Origin: a virus
Taxonomy: Duplodnaviria; Caudoviricetes
IMG/VR virus record: IMGVR_UViG_3300022555_000043
Coordinates: 1 to 64,000 of that record
DNA: 64,000 bases
Strand: one strand, 5' to 3'
Below the pieces are notes generated by a model. The model saw nothing but the letters and a program-made list of their open reading frames with translations. It did not search any database and was not told the origin of the DNA. A program made the translations under genes and the position numbers. Every line of letters starts with the position of its first letter. Positions within the stretch are counted from its first letter, which is position 1. Shown here piece after piece: positions 7,605 to 16,022 of the stretch.

Positions 7605-7638
7605 AAAAAAGGCGGAAAGTCGTGGAACCTTCCGCCTT
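7605..7638 (-). terminator. Rho-independent terminator
   Basis: AAGGCGGAA/TTCCGCCTT stem with an A run on the left, after DUF932 gene. Confidence 0.75.
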
Positions 7639-7655
7639 ATGACTGTGAAAGCCGC

Positions 7656-8594
7656 TTACTCTTTCAGGATGGTGTATGCCGTGTCGATCAGGGGGTGCCC
7701 ATCCATCGCGTACCCCATCAGGGTTTCGTCGTAGGTGGGGGTCGTCCTGTCAGGCTTCTTGTGGAAGGCGACATCAGCCACAGCCTGCAGAACACCCCAT
7801 ACTGTTCCGTTGAAGTTGGCGAGGTCTTCCTTCTTGCAGGCGGCGGTTACTGCATCCTTGTTGCTCTGAATCCTCTGCTGAACGCAGGCCGAATCTTCGG
7901 TATCCAGCGGGAAAAGCCTGCCGAGGAAGGTGTTGAAATCGGCGTCGGAAATCTTCTTGATTGCCAGCGATTCGGCTTCCAGTTTCAGGGCTTCGTGGTA
8001 CACGTTGTTTAGTTCCAGCACCCGGGTGGCTTCCATGAGCTTGGATTTCATGTCCAGACCCATGTGTTTGACCGACCACGAACGGGCGGCGGACTGGATG
8101 GCGAGGTTGAAGGTGTTCCGGCAGATAATGCGGACATCCGTGACGCCGCACTTCAGGGAACGCTTGCCGCTGAAGCCGTTGGCGAAATACAGGTACTGGC
8201 CGATTTCGTCGTCGAGAAGCATGTAGGGGGGAAGCTCGGCCAGAATCCAGACCAGCTTGCCCTCTTCGAAGGAACCTGCCGTGCTGACTTTTGCGCCCAT
8301 GTTGAGCAGGGAATCTACGAAGGCGAATCCGTCTTCGTTCTGGATGATCTTGTACTTGCGGGTAGCGGCTCCGAGCCGTTTTCCGGTGTCTTCCCGCACC
8401 AAAGCCTGCAGTTCCTCGTCCTTGGTGAGTGTCAGCTTGTTGCCTGCTCCGTAAAAGAAAGGAACGGCTTTCACCTTCCAATCCAGCCCGGACAGTTTCA
8501 GCGCCTCATTCACGTTGAGGGCTTCGGCGCAGGTTGCCGTGGCTTTGCCCCAAGGAATGTCGCCCGCCGCAAACATCGTGTCTTTCGTTTTCAT
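7656..8594 (-). CDS. DUF932-family protein (TIGR03299-like)
   Basis: PW...EAL..SGLDWKV, IIQN..GF.F, G.F..G...W.LA, VRIICRNT motifs. Confidence 0.9.
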   Translation of the reverse strand: MKTKDTMFAAGDIPWGKATATCAEALNVNEALKLSGLDWKVKAVPFFYGAGNKLTLTKDEELQALVREDTGKRLGAATRKYKIIQNEDGFAFVDSLLNMGAKVSTAGSFEEGKLVWILAELPPYMLLDDEIGQYLYFANGFSGKRSLKCGVTDVRIICRNTFNLAIQSAARSWSVKHMGLDMKSKLMEATRVLELNNVYHEALKLEAESLAIKKISDADFNTFLGRLFPLDTEDSACVQQRIQSNKDAVTAACKKEDLANFNGTVWGVLQAVADVAFHKKPDRTTPTYDETLMGYAMDGHPLIDTAYTILKE

Positions 8595-8628
8595 TGCATT
8601 CTCCTTTTAGAAACTCGATATAGGTAAG

Positions 8629-9330
8629 CTACTTCTTTTTTATATCCTCGTCAAGTATTTCGACAATTATTTCATCGGAATTCGTTTTATCTTCCTTTTT
8701 ATCGTCGGCTACTATGGTTTCCCCAGCCTGTGTGATGGCATCCGGGTTCATGGCGAATATGGCATCGCGTTTTTTCTGTGCCTCTGCCGACATATTGGTG
8801 GTATCACCAGCCAATGCACGAACCTGCGTGACGAAGGCTACCAATTTTACAAGATGATCGAGCAGCTTGATCTTGTCAGGCAGGGCATAAGATAGCACCA
8901 CCTGTCCTGTTCTATTATTGATCTGTTTATTGATATTGGATATGAGTAGCCTTGCTTCGGTGGACAGGTCTGAAAACTTGATAATGCTTCCATCATCGTT
9001 ATAATAATTGGCGGGGTCGAGTTCCAGATACCTTTCTATGTATTTCAATAGAAGATTCGGTGATCTGGAAACATCGGAATCGAGATTCTGTTGCATCAAT
9101 TTGGCAACTCTTCGGCCAATTTCGGGCTTGGACAGAATCTCATTTGCCCGGGTTGTGCCGTTAGGGTCAGTACCCCCATCAAGGAAAGCGCGTTCGTAAG
9201 ATAGTTTTTTATTCAGGGATTCTGCATAAAACCGAATGAAGTTTTGCTCTTGTTCCGTTAGAGGACGGCGATCACCTTCCAGCACTTCATCGACTACGGC
9301 ATCTATCTCTTCTTTGGTTAAAAGTGTCAT
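8629..9330 (-). CDS. terS: Terminase small subunit (Terminase_2-like)
   Basis: LTEQEQNF...Y...Y..A...A..IL.KPEI HTH followed by DP..YYNDDG and LPDKIKLLDHL; start moved to ATG 9330. Confidence 0.75.
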   Translation of the reverse strand: MTLLTKEEIDAVVDEVLEGDRRPLTEQEQNFIRFYAESLNKKLSYERAFLDGGTDPNGTTRANEILSKPEIGRRVAKLMQQNLDSDVSRSPNLLLKYIERYLELDPANYYNDDGSIIKFSDLSTEARLLISNINKQINNRTGQVVLSYALPDKIKLLDHLVKLVAFVTQVRALAGDTTNMSAEAQKKRDAIFAMNPDAITQAGETIVADDKKEDKTNSDEIIVEILDEDIKKK

Positions 9331-9536
9331 AGGATATGTGTACACCCTTTTTACAGGTTTTGTCAATCCCCCTAAAACCTTATATCCCCCCACATAAACA
9401 GAGAACATCCAGCTTGTAACAGTAACCAACACAGAATAAACAGAGGGTACCACTTTGATTTGGGCATTGTTTTTCTCCTGTACGGGAATGTACTGCTTGG
9501 AGGCTAAAACGGCAAGCATCAGCATCGGCTGATAAT

Positions 9537-9663
9537 ATCTTTATGAGTATTCGAATAAAGATTCTATTTCTTAAGAGATTTCTTATATAAGAGAATGTGT
9601 GCTGTAATGCGACACACGGTGTGTTGTAATGCGACACACCCGGTATGTAGCAAAACAACACAC
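9537..9663. repeat. Candidate origin/operator: AT-rich palindromes plus 15-bp direct repeat TGTAATGCGACACAC (9603, 9625)
   Basis: Repeats read directly, 22-bp period; sits between divergent terS and initiator-like genes. Confidence 0.55.
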
Positions 9664-9673
9664 CCTACCCCTC

Positions 9674-9702
9674 TTGACAAAAAACGCCACCTTGTGTATC
9701 TT
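9674..9702 (+). promoter_or_regulatory. sigma70-like promoter TTGACA-17-TATCTT
   Basis: Hexamers and spacing; GGAGGA RBS follows. Confidence 0.75.
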
Positions 9703-9723
9703 ACCCCAATTGTCGGAGGATGT

Positions 9724-10908
9724 ATGGTCAAATTTCTATTCGGATTCAATGCGCAGAAGGCCAGAGGCTTGAATTTAAAACTGGAAGAATTGTTTATTTT
9801 GAAATGGTTAGTGGATATGGAAAGCAAAAATCTGCTAAAGTATTCTTCTATAAAACCCGGATATTTCCTTGTCATGCATAAATCTATTAGGAACCACTGC
9901 TCCGAATGTCGCTACAATTCGCAACGGCAAGTCAACCTGTACATGGATAGACTGTGCGGAATTGCGGCTGACTGCAGGCAGGATTTACTTTATCCCCTGC
10001 AACGGGAAATGCTGGTTGAAGTGGTAGCGAGTGATCGTAATCCTGCTGGCACAAAATATAGAAACTACTACTATAAATTCAATCAGGCAGTCATGCAGAC
10101 CCTTCGTAAACATGAAGAAACGGTTTCACTCCCGGTTATACAAGCTGAAGGATTGAACGATTGGTTCGTCGAACTGTATGATGAAATTTCGGCTGTATAT
10201 GATTTTCGACACGCTTGTAACAAAGATAAACCAACTAAACTAATGCTGGAAGCCCAGACCTATCTGGACGAAATTCTCTTTCACACATTCCTTAAACGTC
10301 ATTTGTGGGACAAAAAATGGATACAGAAGCAGAACACCGATATCTTGGATACTTGTGATAAGGCTATAGTTCTGCAGGCTATTGAGAAGCTGAAGGCTGC
10401 CAAGGCTCCGCATGGATTCTTGGAACACGTAGGCATATCGCTTCCATCTTTTTTTTACAATAAACGTAATAAGACATCCATATTCATTTTGATGCTTCAA
10501 GAAGGTCAGAAAGATTTGGCTATCAGTTTTGATACCGTCGATGAACGGGCCAATTATGAACTAGAGATTTCGTGGTTGGCTGAGAACACACAGTTGGATT
10601 ATAACAGTCTTTATAATCAATTGCACACCATGTATAAATACTTCAAAGATAATTACATAGGTTTGCAGGAACGGGCTGAAAAACAGGGTGATGGGACTGC
10701 GTGGCACAAACAGTATGGGTCATCTTTCAAGTGGAAGTATTTCGTGTCTGATCTGGCAGCTTTCATTCATGCTCGCCCTACAGCTATTAAGTGGATGCGT
10801 ATGGAAAATTCTACATTCTGGTACGGTTTTATATTCTACGTGTATAAATTGTATAGGGTAAAACTTGTGTTTGGTGATCAGATATTCAAAGATAAGAATG
10901 CAGGTTGA
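9724..10908 (+). CDS. Putative replication initiator / winged-helix origin-binding protein
   Basis: N-terminus FGFNAQKA..LNL.LEELFILKWLVD resembles phage replisome-organiser N-domains; GGAGGA RBS. Confidence 0.55.
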   Translation: MVKFLFGFNAQKARGLNLKLEELFILKWLVDMESKNLLKYSSIKPGYFLVMHKSIRNHCSECRYNSQRQVNLYMDRLCGIAADCRQDLLYPLQREMLVEVVASDRNPAGTKYRNYYYKFNQAVMQTLRKHEETVSLPVIQAEGLNDWFVELYDEISAVYDFRHACNKDKPTKLMLEAQTYLDEILFHTFLKRHLWDKKWIQKQNTDILDTCDKAIVLQAIEKLKAAKAPHGFLEHVGISLPSFFYNKRNKTSIFILMLQEGQKDLAISFDTVDERANYELEISWLAENTQLDYNSLYNQLHTMYKYFKDNYIGLQERAEKQGDGTAWHKQYGSSFKWKYFVSDLAAFIHARPTAIKWMRMENSTFWYGFIFYVYKLYRVKLVFGDQIFKDKNAG

Positions 10909-10933
10909 CGATTTTGTTGTTAGATAGTATATT
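10905..10933 (+). promoter_or_regulatory. sigma70-like promoter TTGACG-17-TATATT
   Basis: Same TTGACGAT..TAGTATATT pattern as P3 and 20292. Confidence 0.8.
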
Positions 10934-10995
10934 AGTTATAGGGGCATGAAAATGAGTAACACAATCGCGGCAGTCGCCGCAATGCACGCAGGAGG

Positions 10996-11319
10996 ATGGC
11001 TATGAGTCTCGAAACCGCACTTGACGCGCTGGACAAGGCAACGCCGGGGAAATGGTATTTCACTGGGGGCGTTATTTGGTGCGTGGTTCCCGATCAGTAC
11101 GGAGAACCATCGCAACAGAAAATTGCAGACTGCTACGAAACAGACTCACCCGCCCTTATAGCCGCCGCGCCCGAAGCTCTCGCGTGGATCAAGCGGGCCG
11201 TGCCGTATTTGGCAACCGTCAGGCCGGTAATTGCCGATGAGGCCAGAAAATATAAAGGAGATGCGCTAATAAACTATCTGTCCGAACTGGACGCATTGCT
11301 CAAGGAGGTGAAGGAATGA
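10996..11319 (+). CDS. Hypothetical protein (107 aa)
   Basis: ATPGKW...ALIAAAPE motif common in small phage proteins; AGGAGG RBS. Confidence 0.75.
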   Translation: MAMSLETALDALDKATPGKWYFTGGVIWCVVPDQYGEPSQQKIADCYETDSPALIAAAPEALAWIKRAVPYLATVRPVIADEARKYKGDALINYLSELDALLKEVKE

Positions 11320-11492
11320 CAGATAAAGAAATCTGTACGGCTCTTAAAATAACTCCTGCCATGCTCGACCAGTTGCGGTCGTATGTCTGGGATGTTGAGC
11401 GCGATGGAAGCTACTACGGGAACAAAGAGTATTACATACATAGGGACAAGAAAATACGCAACGCCCTGAATATGGAGGCGAGGGATGAGTAA
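11316..11492 (+). CDS. Small hypothetical protein (58 aa, not in ORF track)
   Basis: ATGA-coupled to the upstream gene and overlapping the next; MTDKEICTALKITPAMLDQLRSYVWD... Confidence 0.65.
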   Translation: MTDKEICTALKITPAMLDQLRSYVWDVERDGSYYGNKEYYIHRDKKIRNALNMEARDE

Positions 11493-11925
11493 TGAACTGC
11501 TGATGGAAGCGAAGGAAGCCCTGACAAGGGCGCACGATCATTTGATTTGGTTGACATCGAAGCTCCCCATGCAGTATTTCGGGTTGGTTGACCCCGACAT
11601 TGTGCAGGAGTGCGCCTACATGATCGACCGCATCGACGCCCGCCTTGCCGAGCCGCAGGACGGGGCGATGGAACTGGTCGGAAAAATACGCGATGCCCGA
11701 CTCGTGTCGACAAGAGATAAATCATACCGACGATTCGTCCTCACCGACTCCGAAGCCGCCGCGCTGATTGAGGCGCGGGACAGGACGGTGCCGAGGGCGA
11801 TGCTGGAAGAAGTTTACTGCGAAGGCTATGCGGTTGGATACATTCAGCCCATGCGAAGCACGAAATCGCAAGACATCGATCGAATCGCCGCCAAGTACCG
11901 CGTCAAAGTGGAGGCCACGAAATGA
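11485..11925 (+). CDS. Hypothetical protein (146 aa)
   Basis: Coupled ORF with GGAGG RBS. Confidence 0.7.
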   Translation: MSNELLMEAKEALTRAHDHLIWLTSKLPMQYFGLVDPDIVQECAYMIDRIDARLAEPQDGAMELVGKIRDARLVSTRDKSYRRFVLTDSEAAALIEARDRTVPRAMLEEVYCEGYAVGYIQPMRSTKSQDIDRIAAKYRVKVEATK

Positions 11926-12212
11926 AAGAGACGGCGAGGGAGTTTGCGAAGATTCTAATTGACCCACGATTCGATGAAAGCACGAAGGATTGGGAGCAGT
12001 TGGGCGGGGAGTTTGCGCTAGGTAAAAAAGTAAGGCTTAGTAACATCGAAAAAGCCGCCCGAAAGATCGAGGCCCGCGACCGCGAGACGCTCAAGGAGGC
12101 GGCGGATATTGCCGTAAAAGACTGCGAAGATGCGTGCAAGGTCTGCGGAATATTGAACTGTGGCGACTGTCAGGGATGTGCGAAGCTTCGCGCCGCCATC
12201 ATGAAGGAGTGA
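11922..12212 (+). CDS. Hypothetical protein with C-terminal Cys cluster
   Basis: Coupled ORF; C-x3-C-x2-C-x4-C-x2-C-x2-C. Confidence 0.7.
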   Translation: MKETAREFAKILIDPRFDESTKDWEQLGGEFALGKKVRLSNIEKAARKIEARDRETLKEAADIAVKDCEDACKVCGILNCGDCQGCAKLRAAIMKE

Positions 12213-12215
12213 AGG

Positions 12216-12470
12216 ATGCCAGAACTTAGCAAGATAGATATTGCCCTTGAGCAAGTCGATGCTTTTTTATCAGACAATCTACAGAGCATTGACCACATAC
12301 CAGATTCGAGCCTTGAACTACTTGCCAACGAAGTACGAGCCAGCCGCGCCCTGCTTGCCCAGTGCAGGCGGGCGCTGGAAGCGGTCTGCGACATACGTAT
12401 CTCATCCGAAAAATCGAGTGAACTTATCTACGAAGCCATAGCCGCCCTGAACGCGGCGGGGGTGAAGTAA
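12216..12470 (+). CDS. Hypothetical protein (84 aa)
   Basis: ORF with RBS. Confidence 0.7.
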   Translation: MPELSKIDIALEQVDAFLSDNLQSIDHIPDSSLELLANEVRASRALLAQCRRALEAVCDIRISSEKSSELIYEAIAALNAAGVK

Positions 12471-12590
12471 ATGGAATCTGCTATTTTGTTTGAAGTTGTC
12501 ACGGTGGCCATTATTTGTACCCTTGGAACATTGGGTATTTGGATGTGCTGGAACGAACTGCACAAGATGAACGGTAGGAGGAAGCCATGA
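12471..12590 (+). CDS. 39-aa single-TM micro-protein (not in ORF track)
   Basis: MESAILFEVVTVAIICTLGTLGIWMCWNELHKMNGRRKP; fills the gap exactly. Confidence 0.6.
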   Translation: MESAILFEVVTVAIICTLGTLGIWMCWNELHKMNGRRKP

Positions 12591-12913
12591 CTGAACTCGA
12601 TGAGGCGAAGACAGTATTAGCTTGCTTAAAAGCACAGGGTGGTTGTGTGACGGTTGAAGTAGGAGACAACATTTTCAAACTATCCAAGTGCTGTGAAACC
12701 ATCCTATCCGCCCTTGAAGCATCCGAGGCGCGGTGCAAGGAACTGGAAGCGGCAGGGAACGTGTTGCGACGTACACATCTGAGAGACGACGCAAAAATGA
12801 TAGGGGCTGAAATGGCGTGGGACGCACTTACCCGTAATGAAGCCGATATCAAAGAGGTGCCCCATGCTACAGGAATTGAGTACATACAAGAGCAGATATA
12901 TTTTGCGGAATAA
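12587..12913 (+). CDS. Hypothetical protein (108 aa)
   Basis: Coupled ORF with AGGAGG RBS. Confidence 0.7.
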   Translation: MTELDEAKTVLACLKAQGGCVTVEVGDNIFKLSKCCETILSALEASEARCKELEAAGNVLRRTHLRDDAKMIGAEMAWDALTRNEADIKEVPHATGIEYIQEQIYFAE

Positions 12914-12924
12914 GGAGAATTCAA

Positions 12925-13377
12925 ATGAAATTTCGAATCTATTTTGTGTTACTGCTATCTTTATTCATATGCTCATCATCGTTGTACAAAGCCCCACCCC
13001 CCAAGGTATTGACTGTCTACGAGAAGGCTGAACTGGTAACCGGGGCACCTGCTAAACTTTTACAGGCAATTGCCATTACAGAGTCGGATGAGCAGGATAC
13101 TGCTATTGGGGATGGGGGCAAGAGCAGGGGTAGGATGCAGCTTAATGAAAGGTTCAGGGCTGAACGGGTCAAGAAGTACGGAAATTACGATCCGAACGAT
13201 CCTGAGCAATCTGTGAGGGTTGCTGGTTTCATTTACATGGAGAATCTAAGGATTTTGAAGTCTCAGGATGCGGCAATCGCGGCTTACAGGCAGGGTATAC
13301 GTGGTATACGTAAATATGGAAGCACATCTTGGTACGTAAACCATGTCAAGCAACACATGGAGGAATTGGATGGGTGA
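12925..13377 (+). CDS. Lytic transglycosylase (SLT family) with N-terminal signal/anchor
   Basis: LLQAIAITES catalytic Glu, GRMQL, AIAAYRQG motifs; hydrophobic N-terminus. Confidence 0.85.
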   Translation: MKFRIYFVLLLSLFICSSSLYKAPPPKVLTVYEKAELVTGAPAKLLQAIAITESDEQDTAIGDGGKSRGRMQLNERFRAERVKKYGNYDPNDPEQSVRVAGFIYMENLRILKSQDAAIAAYRQGIRGIRKYGSTSWYVNHVKQHMEELDG

Positions 13378-13504
13378 CTATTCTTGGCAGTTGGTGCTTG
13401 GTTGGATTGTTGGTTTGTGGCTTGTGCTTGCAGGTTTGTTGCTTTTTATGAATTATAAGCTTCATACACCACCGAAAAAGCTTGACAAAACAAAGGATAA
13501 ATGA
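13370..13504 (+). CDS. 44-aa single-TM micro-protein (not in ORF track)
   Basis: MGDYSWQLVLGWIVGLWLVLAGLLLFMNYK.. with basic tail; GGAGG RBS. Confidence 0.6.
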   Translation: MGDYSWQLVLGWIVGLWLVLAGLLLFMNYKLHTPPKKLDKTKDK

Positions 13505-13511
13505 TTATAGT
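13482..13511 (+). promoter_or_regulatory. sigma70-like promoter TTGACA-18-TATAGT
   Basis: Hexamers; GGAGG RBS follows. Confidence 0.65.
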
Positions 13512-13534
13512 ATAGCATCTATGCGGAGGCATCA

Positions 13535-14026
13535 ATGTTCAAAAAAGGTGATTACGTCTATTGGGCGATGAAGATAAAGGGCGGATTGGTTGAAAGGGCG
13601 GGTATTGTCGAAATTGTTGTTCCGGCTTTCACGAACCCCAAACCTTTCATTCCTGCGGATACTTTCTTCACAGGTAAATTCTATGAGCGCAACACGGTAT
13701 CCTTCATCGTAGGAATCCCCGGGGTGAAGAGATTCTACTGGCCCCTCTTGGAGTCCCTGCAGCCGCTTCAGAAAGATCAGTGGCACATTCTGTACGACCA
13801 ACAAATTTTCAAGACTGGGGAAATACCCGCCTCGGTCAATCAGGATGACCGTATCAAGATACGGAAGACCTGTCAGTTGGTTGCTGGCGCTTTCAATGAA
13901 CGGATATATGAGAACGATAGTTTTATTGTGGTTCCTTCGTGGGGTCGCAGGTTCTGGTTCAAGGTGGCTGATGATGTGGAATTCGTCTATAAGGTCGAAG
14001 ATTTCAAACCGATAAAGGGAGTGTGA
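13535..14026 (+). CDS. Hypothetical protein (163 aa)
   Basis: ORF with RBS; MFKKGDYVYW N-terminus. Confidence 0.75.
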   Translation: MFKKGDYVYWAMKIKGGLVERAGIVEIVVPAFTNPKPFIPADTFFTGKFYERNTVSFIVGIPGVKRFYWPLLESLQPLQKDQWHILYDQQIFKTGEIPASVNQDDRIKIRKTCQLVAGAFNERIYENDSFIVVPSWGRRFWFKVADDVEFVYKVEDFKPIKGV

Positions 14027-14027
14027 C

Positions 14028-14327
14028 ATGGCATATCCAGTAAAGGCAGAAAAGGATTTTGAACATCTCATCCACCAGCAATTTGGAGAGCTTGGGATGA
14101 ATGGGAAGTGGGTCAAGGAACTGAATATCATCGAATGGGGGTTCACCAATGAACCTAAGTTTGATATTCATAGTTGGGACTCCACTTCAGATTATACAAG
14201 ATCGGCTAAAGGTTTGACGTTTACCCTTGACGAGATGAGGGCTTTGAAGAGTATATTAGAGCATGTAGACTTGGATGACTTCGTGATGCCTGATAAGAAG
14301 TTGATTCCTAAGTTTGAAGTGGTGTAA
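14028..14327 (+). CDS. PC4/YdbC-family ssDNA-binding protein
   Basis: W.KELNIIEW....PKFDI.SW......KGLTFT.DE...LK motif. Confidence 0.85.
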   Translation: MAYPVKAEKDFEHLIHQQFGELGMNGKWVKELNIIEWGFTNEPKFDIHSWDSTSDYTRSAKGLTFTLDEMRALKSILEHVDLDDFVMPDKKLIPKFEVV

Positions 14328-14337
14328 GGAGACTTAA

Positions 14338-14949
14338 ATGGAAGAATTCAAAGAGTTCGGAAAAATTGCCCGCATGTCTAGGAATATGGTGATTACCGAA
14401 AAGATTGATGGGACGAATGCTCAGATTTACATCAAAACGTTGGAAGGTTTACCCGAAGATGATCTGAATTGCCTTGTTCAGAAAGATGGTCTTGCTATGT
14501 TTGCAGGGTCAAGAAATAGGTGGATCACCCCTGAAGCAGACAATATGGGTTTCGCTAGATGGGCCAGAGAACATGCAGAAGAATTATTCCTGCTTGGTGA
14601 GGGTAGACATTTTGGGGAGTGGTGGGGGAGGGGAATTCAAAAGAGATACTCCCAAACGGAAACTGAAAAGCATTTTAGTCTATTCAATACCAAGAAGTGG
14701 CTTACGGATTTCGACAATACTAAGCCTTTGTGCCCTAGTTGTTGTCGGGTAGTGCCTGTATTGTATCGAGGTCTGTTTAACACACAAAAGATGCAGGACA
14801 TTATGGATTGGCTACTTCTCGCAGGTTCTGCAGCTTCCACGGGTTGTCATAATCCTGAAGGTGTAGTAATTTATCATGAAGCCCGGGACTGCTTCTTCAA
14901 GAAGACCTATGAGAATGATGCAGGAAAGTGGGCGGAAAAAGAAGTTTGA
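14338..14949 (+). CDS. RNA ligase-family nucleotidyltransferase (Rnl2-like adenylation domain)
   Basis: Motif I ITEKIDGTNA; GSRNRW, FGEWWG.GIQ and EGVV motifs. Confidence 0.85.
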   Translation: MEEFKEFGKIARMSRNMVITEKIDGTNAQIYIKTLEGLPEDDLNCLVQKDGLAMFAGSRNRWITPEADNMGFARWAREHAEELFLLGEGRHFGEWWGRGIQKRYSQTETEKHFSLFNTKKWLTDFDNTKPLCPSCCRVVPVLYRGLFNTQKMQDIMDWLLLAGSAASTGCHNPEGVVIYHEARDCFFKKTYENDAGKWAEKEV

Positions 14950-14954
14950 TATAC

Positions 14955-15036
14955 GCCAAGGTGGGATAATTACGAACTAGCAGAGTTTACGGACTCAAAA
15001 TCCGTTCCCTTGAGGGTGCAACTCCCTTCCTTGGCA
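14955..15036 (+). tRNA. Atypical tRNA-Leu(CAA)
   Basis: Acceptor GCCAAGG/CCTTGGC-A; anticodon arm ACGGA-CTCAAAA-TCCGT; T arm GAGGG-TGCAACT-CCCTT; D region enlarged to 27 nt, variable region only 6 nt; no encoded CCA. Confidence 0.7.
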
Positions 15037-15074
15037 GATTGTGCAGTTTGGCAGGTATTGTAAGTAAGAATTTC

Positions 15075-15145
15075 CGGGGTGTCTTCTAGTGGTAGGAAAA
15101 CAGGTTTTGATCCTGTCAACAGTGGTTCAATCCCACTCGCCCTGA
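15075..15145 (+). tRNA. tRNA-Gln(UUG)
   Basis: Full cloverleaf: CGGGGTG/CGCCCTG, D stem TTCT/AGGA, ACAGG-TTTTGAT-CCTGT, AGTGG-TTCAATC-CCACT; no encoded CCA. Confidence 0.9.
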
Positions 15146-15167
15146 GTATCGCATTTTTCAAAGGAGA

Positions 15168-15701
15168 ATGAAAATGGGAATGATCATCAAGTACGTTTAC
15201 AGCAAAAGTAAGCGCACACTGGTACGGAAGGCGAAGGGTAATCTGCTGACCACCAAGATTACTTTGGGTACTATGGAAGCGCAGATAGAATGCAAGCTCA
15301 ACACCAAGGAGCGTGTATGGGAAACCTATGCTCCTGACCTTATTGGGGTTGTCGTGGCTATCGGCCCGGACAAGATCGGTTGGTCGAAGGTCAATGAATC
15401 GGAACCCAAGAAAGTGACAGTGATGACTTATGGTGTAGACGCTGCTGGGCAGCATGTTTTAGTTCCTGTCATGACTAAGGTTTACGATAATAAAATAGAC
15501 CTTATTCGTGAGGTTCCTCTGGAATATACTCCCGATATTGCCCCCGACAGATTCAACAAGAGAAGGGGCGTGAAGCTGGCTATTGAACGTGCCCAGAGTG
15601 GGAATATTGGCTTGATCCCCAAGAAACTCAAGACAGACTACGATTGGGTGGTTGCGCAGGCCCAGAGGAAGGTTTGGGCCAAGGATGCACAAAATGCCTG
15701 A
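15168..15701 (+). CDS. Hypothetical protein (177 aa)
   Basis: AAGGAG RBS; DRFNKRRGVKLAIERA motif. Confidence 0.75.
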   Translation: MKMGMIIKYVYSKSKRTLVRKAKGNLLTTKITLGTMEAQIECKLNTKERVWETYAPDLIGVVVAIGPDKIGWSKVNESEPKKVTVMTYGVDAAGQHVLVPVMTKVYDNKIDLIREVPLEYTPDIAPDRFNKRRGVKLAIERAQSGNIGLIPKKLKTDYDWVVAQAQRKVWAKDAQNA

Positions 15702-16005
15702 GTTCACCGACGACCTCAACTTGGTGATCTTAGAAGGCGAGATAGCCTACGATCCACAGGTTCAAATTCGCAATGGAAAGACAGCTTACAACTTCGTTGT
15801 GATCCAGCGAACCCATTCAGCCAGTTTCAAATACCCTGTAGTCTATTGGGAATTCCCCGATAGCACCCCATACATCAAGGAAAATCTGATAAGGGGGCGG
15901 GTTGTTCGTATTCGCGGTCACCTGCAGTCTGGTTCGGAAGAACTTCCTGAAAAGGTGGTGGTTACCTGTAAGGTTTGTGTGGATGCAATTGTATTTGCCC
16001 AATGA
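15694..16005 (+). CDS. Short SSB/PriB-like OB-fold protein
   Basis: DLNLVILEGEIAYDP...VV.W...G.VVRIRGHLQ; no acidic tail. Confidence 0.7.
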   Translation: MPEFTDDLNLVILEGEIAYDPQVQIRNGKTAYNFVVIQRTHSASFKYPVVYWEFPDSTPYIKENLIRGRVVRIRGHLQSGSEELPEKVVVTCKVCVDAIVFAQ

Positions 16006-16022
16006 TCATATTTATTTTTGCA

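Noticed and set aside
7695-8627. Long alternative-frame and antisense ORFs over DUF932 (also 26144-27058, 57037-57759, 57949-58713 and similar)
   Set aside because: Shadows of well-supported genes; no RBS or motifs
8629-9525. ORF-track 5' extensions (e.g. 9525, 9595, 672, 36209, 30036, 47450, 63538)
   Set aside because: Downstream starts have clear SD sequences and remove overlaps with promoters, terminators or neighbouring genes
14994-15000. Reading the tRNA loop CTCAAAA as a UCA (opal suppressor) anticodon
   Set aside because: The 5-bp stem defines a 7-nt loop with CAA at the anticodon position; CU-CAA-AA is the ordinary Leu loop
15959-15990. Degenerate second CRISPR repeat 32 nt upstream of the solitary repeat (shares TGTGGAT; about 15/32 identity by hand)
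   Set aside because: Lies in SSB coding sequence and lacks the GTC start, stem and GAAAC end. The spacing is spacer-like, so worth a recheck, but it is not enough to call a mini-array
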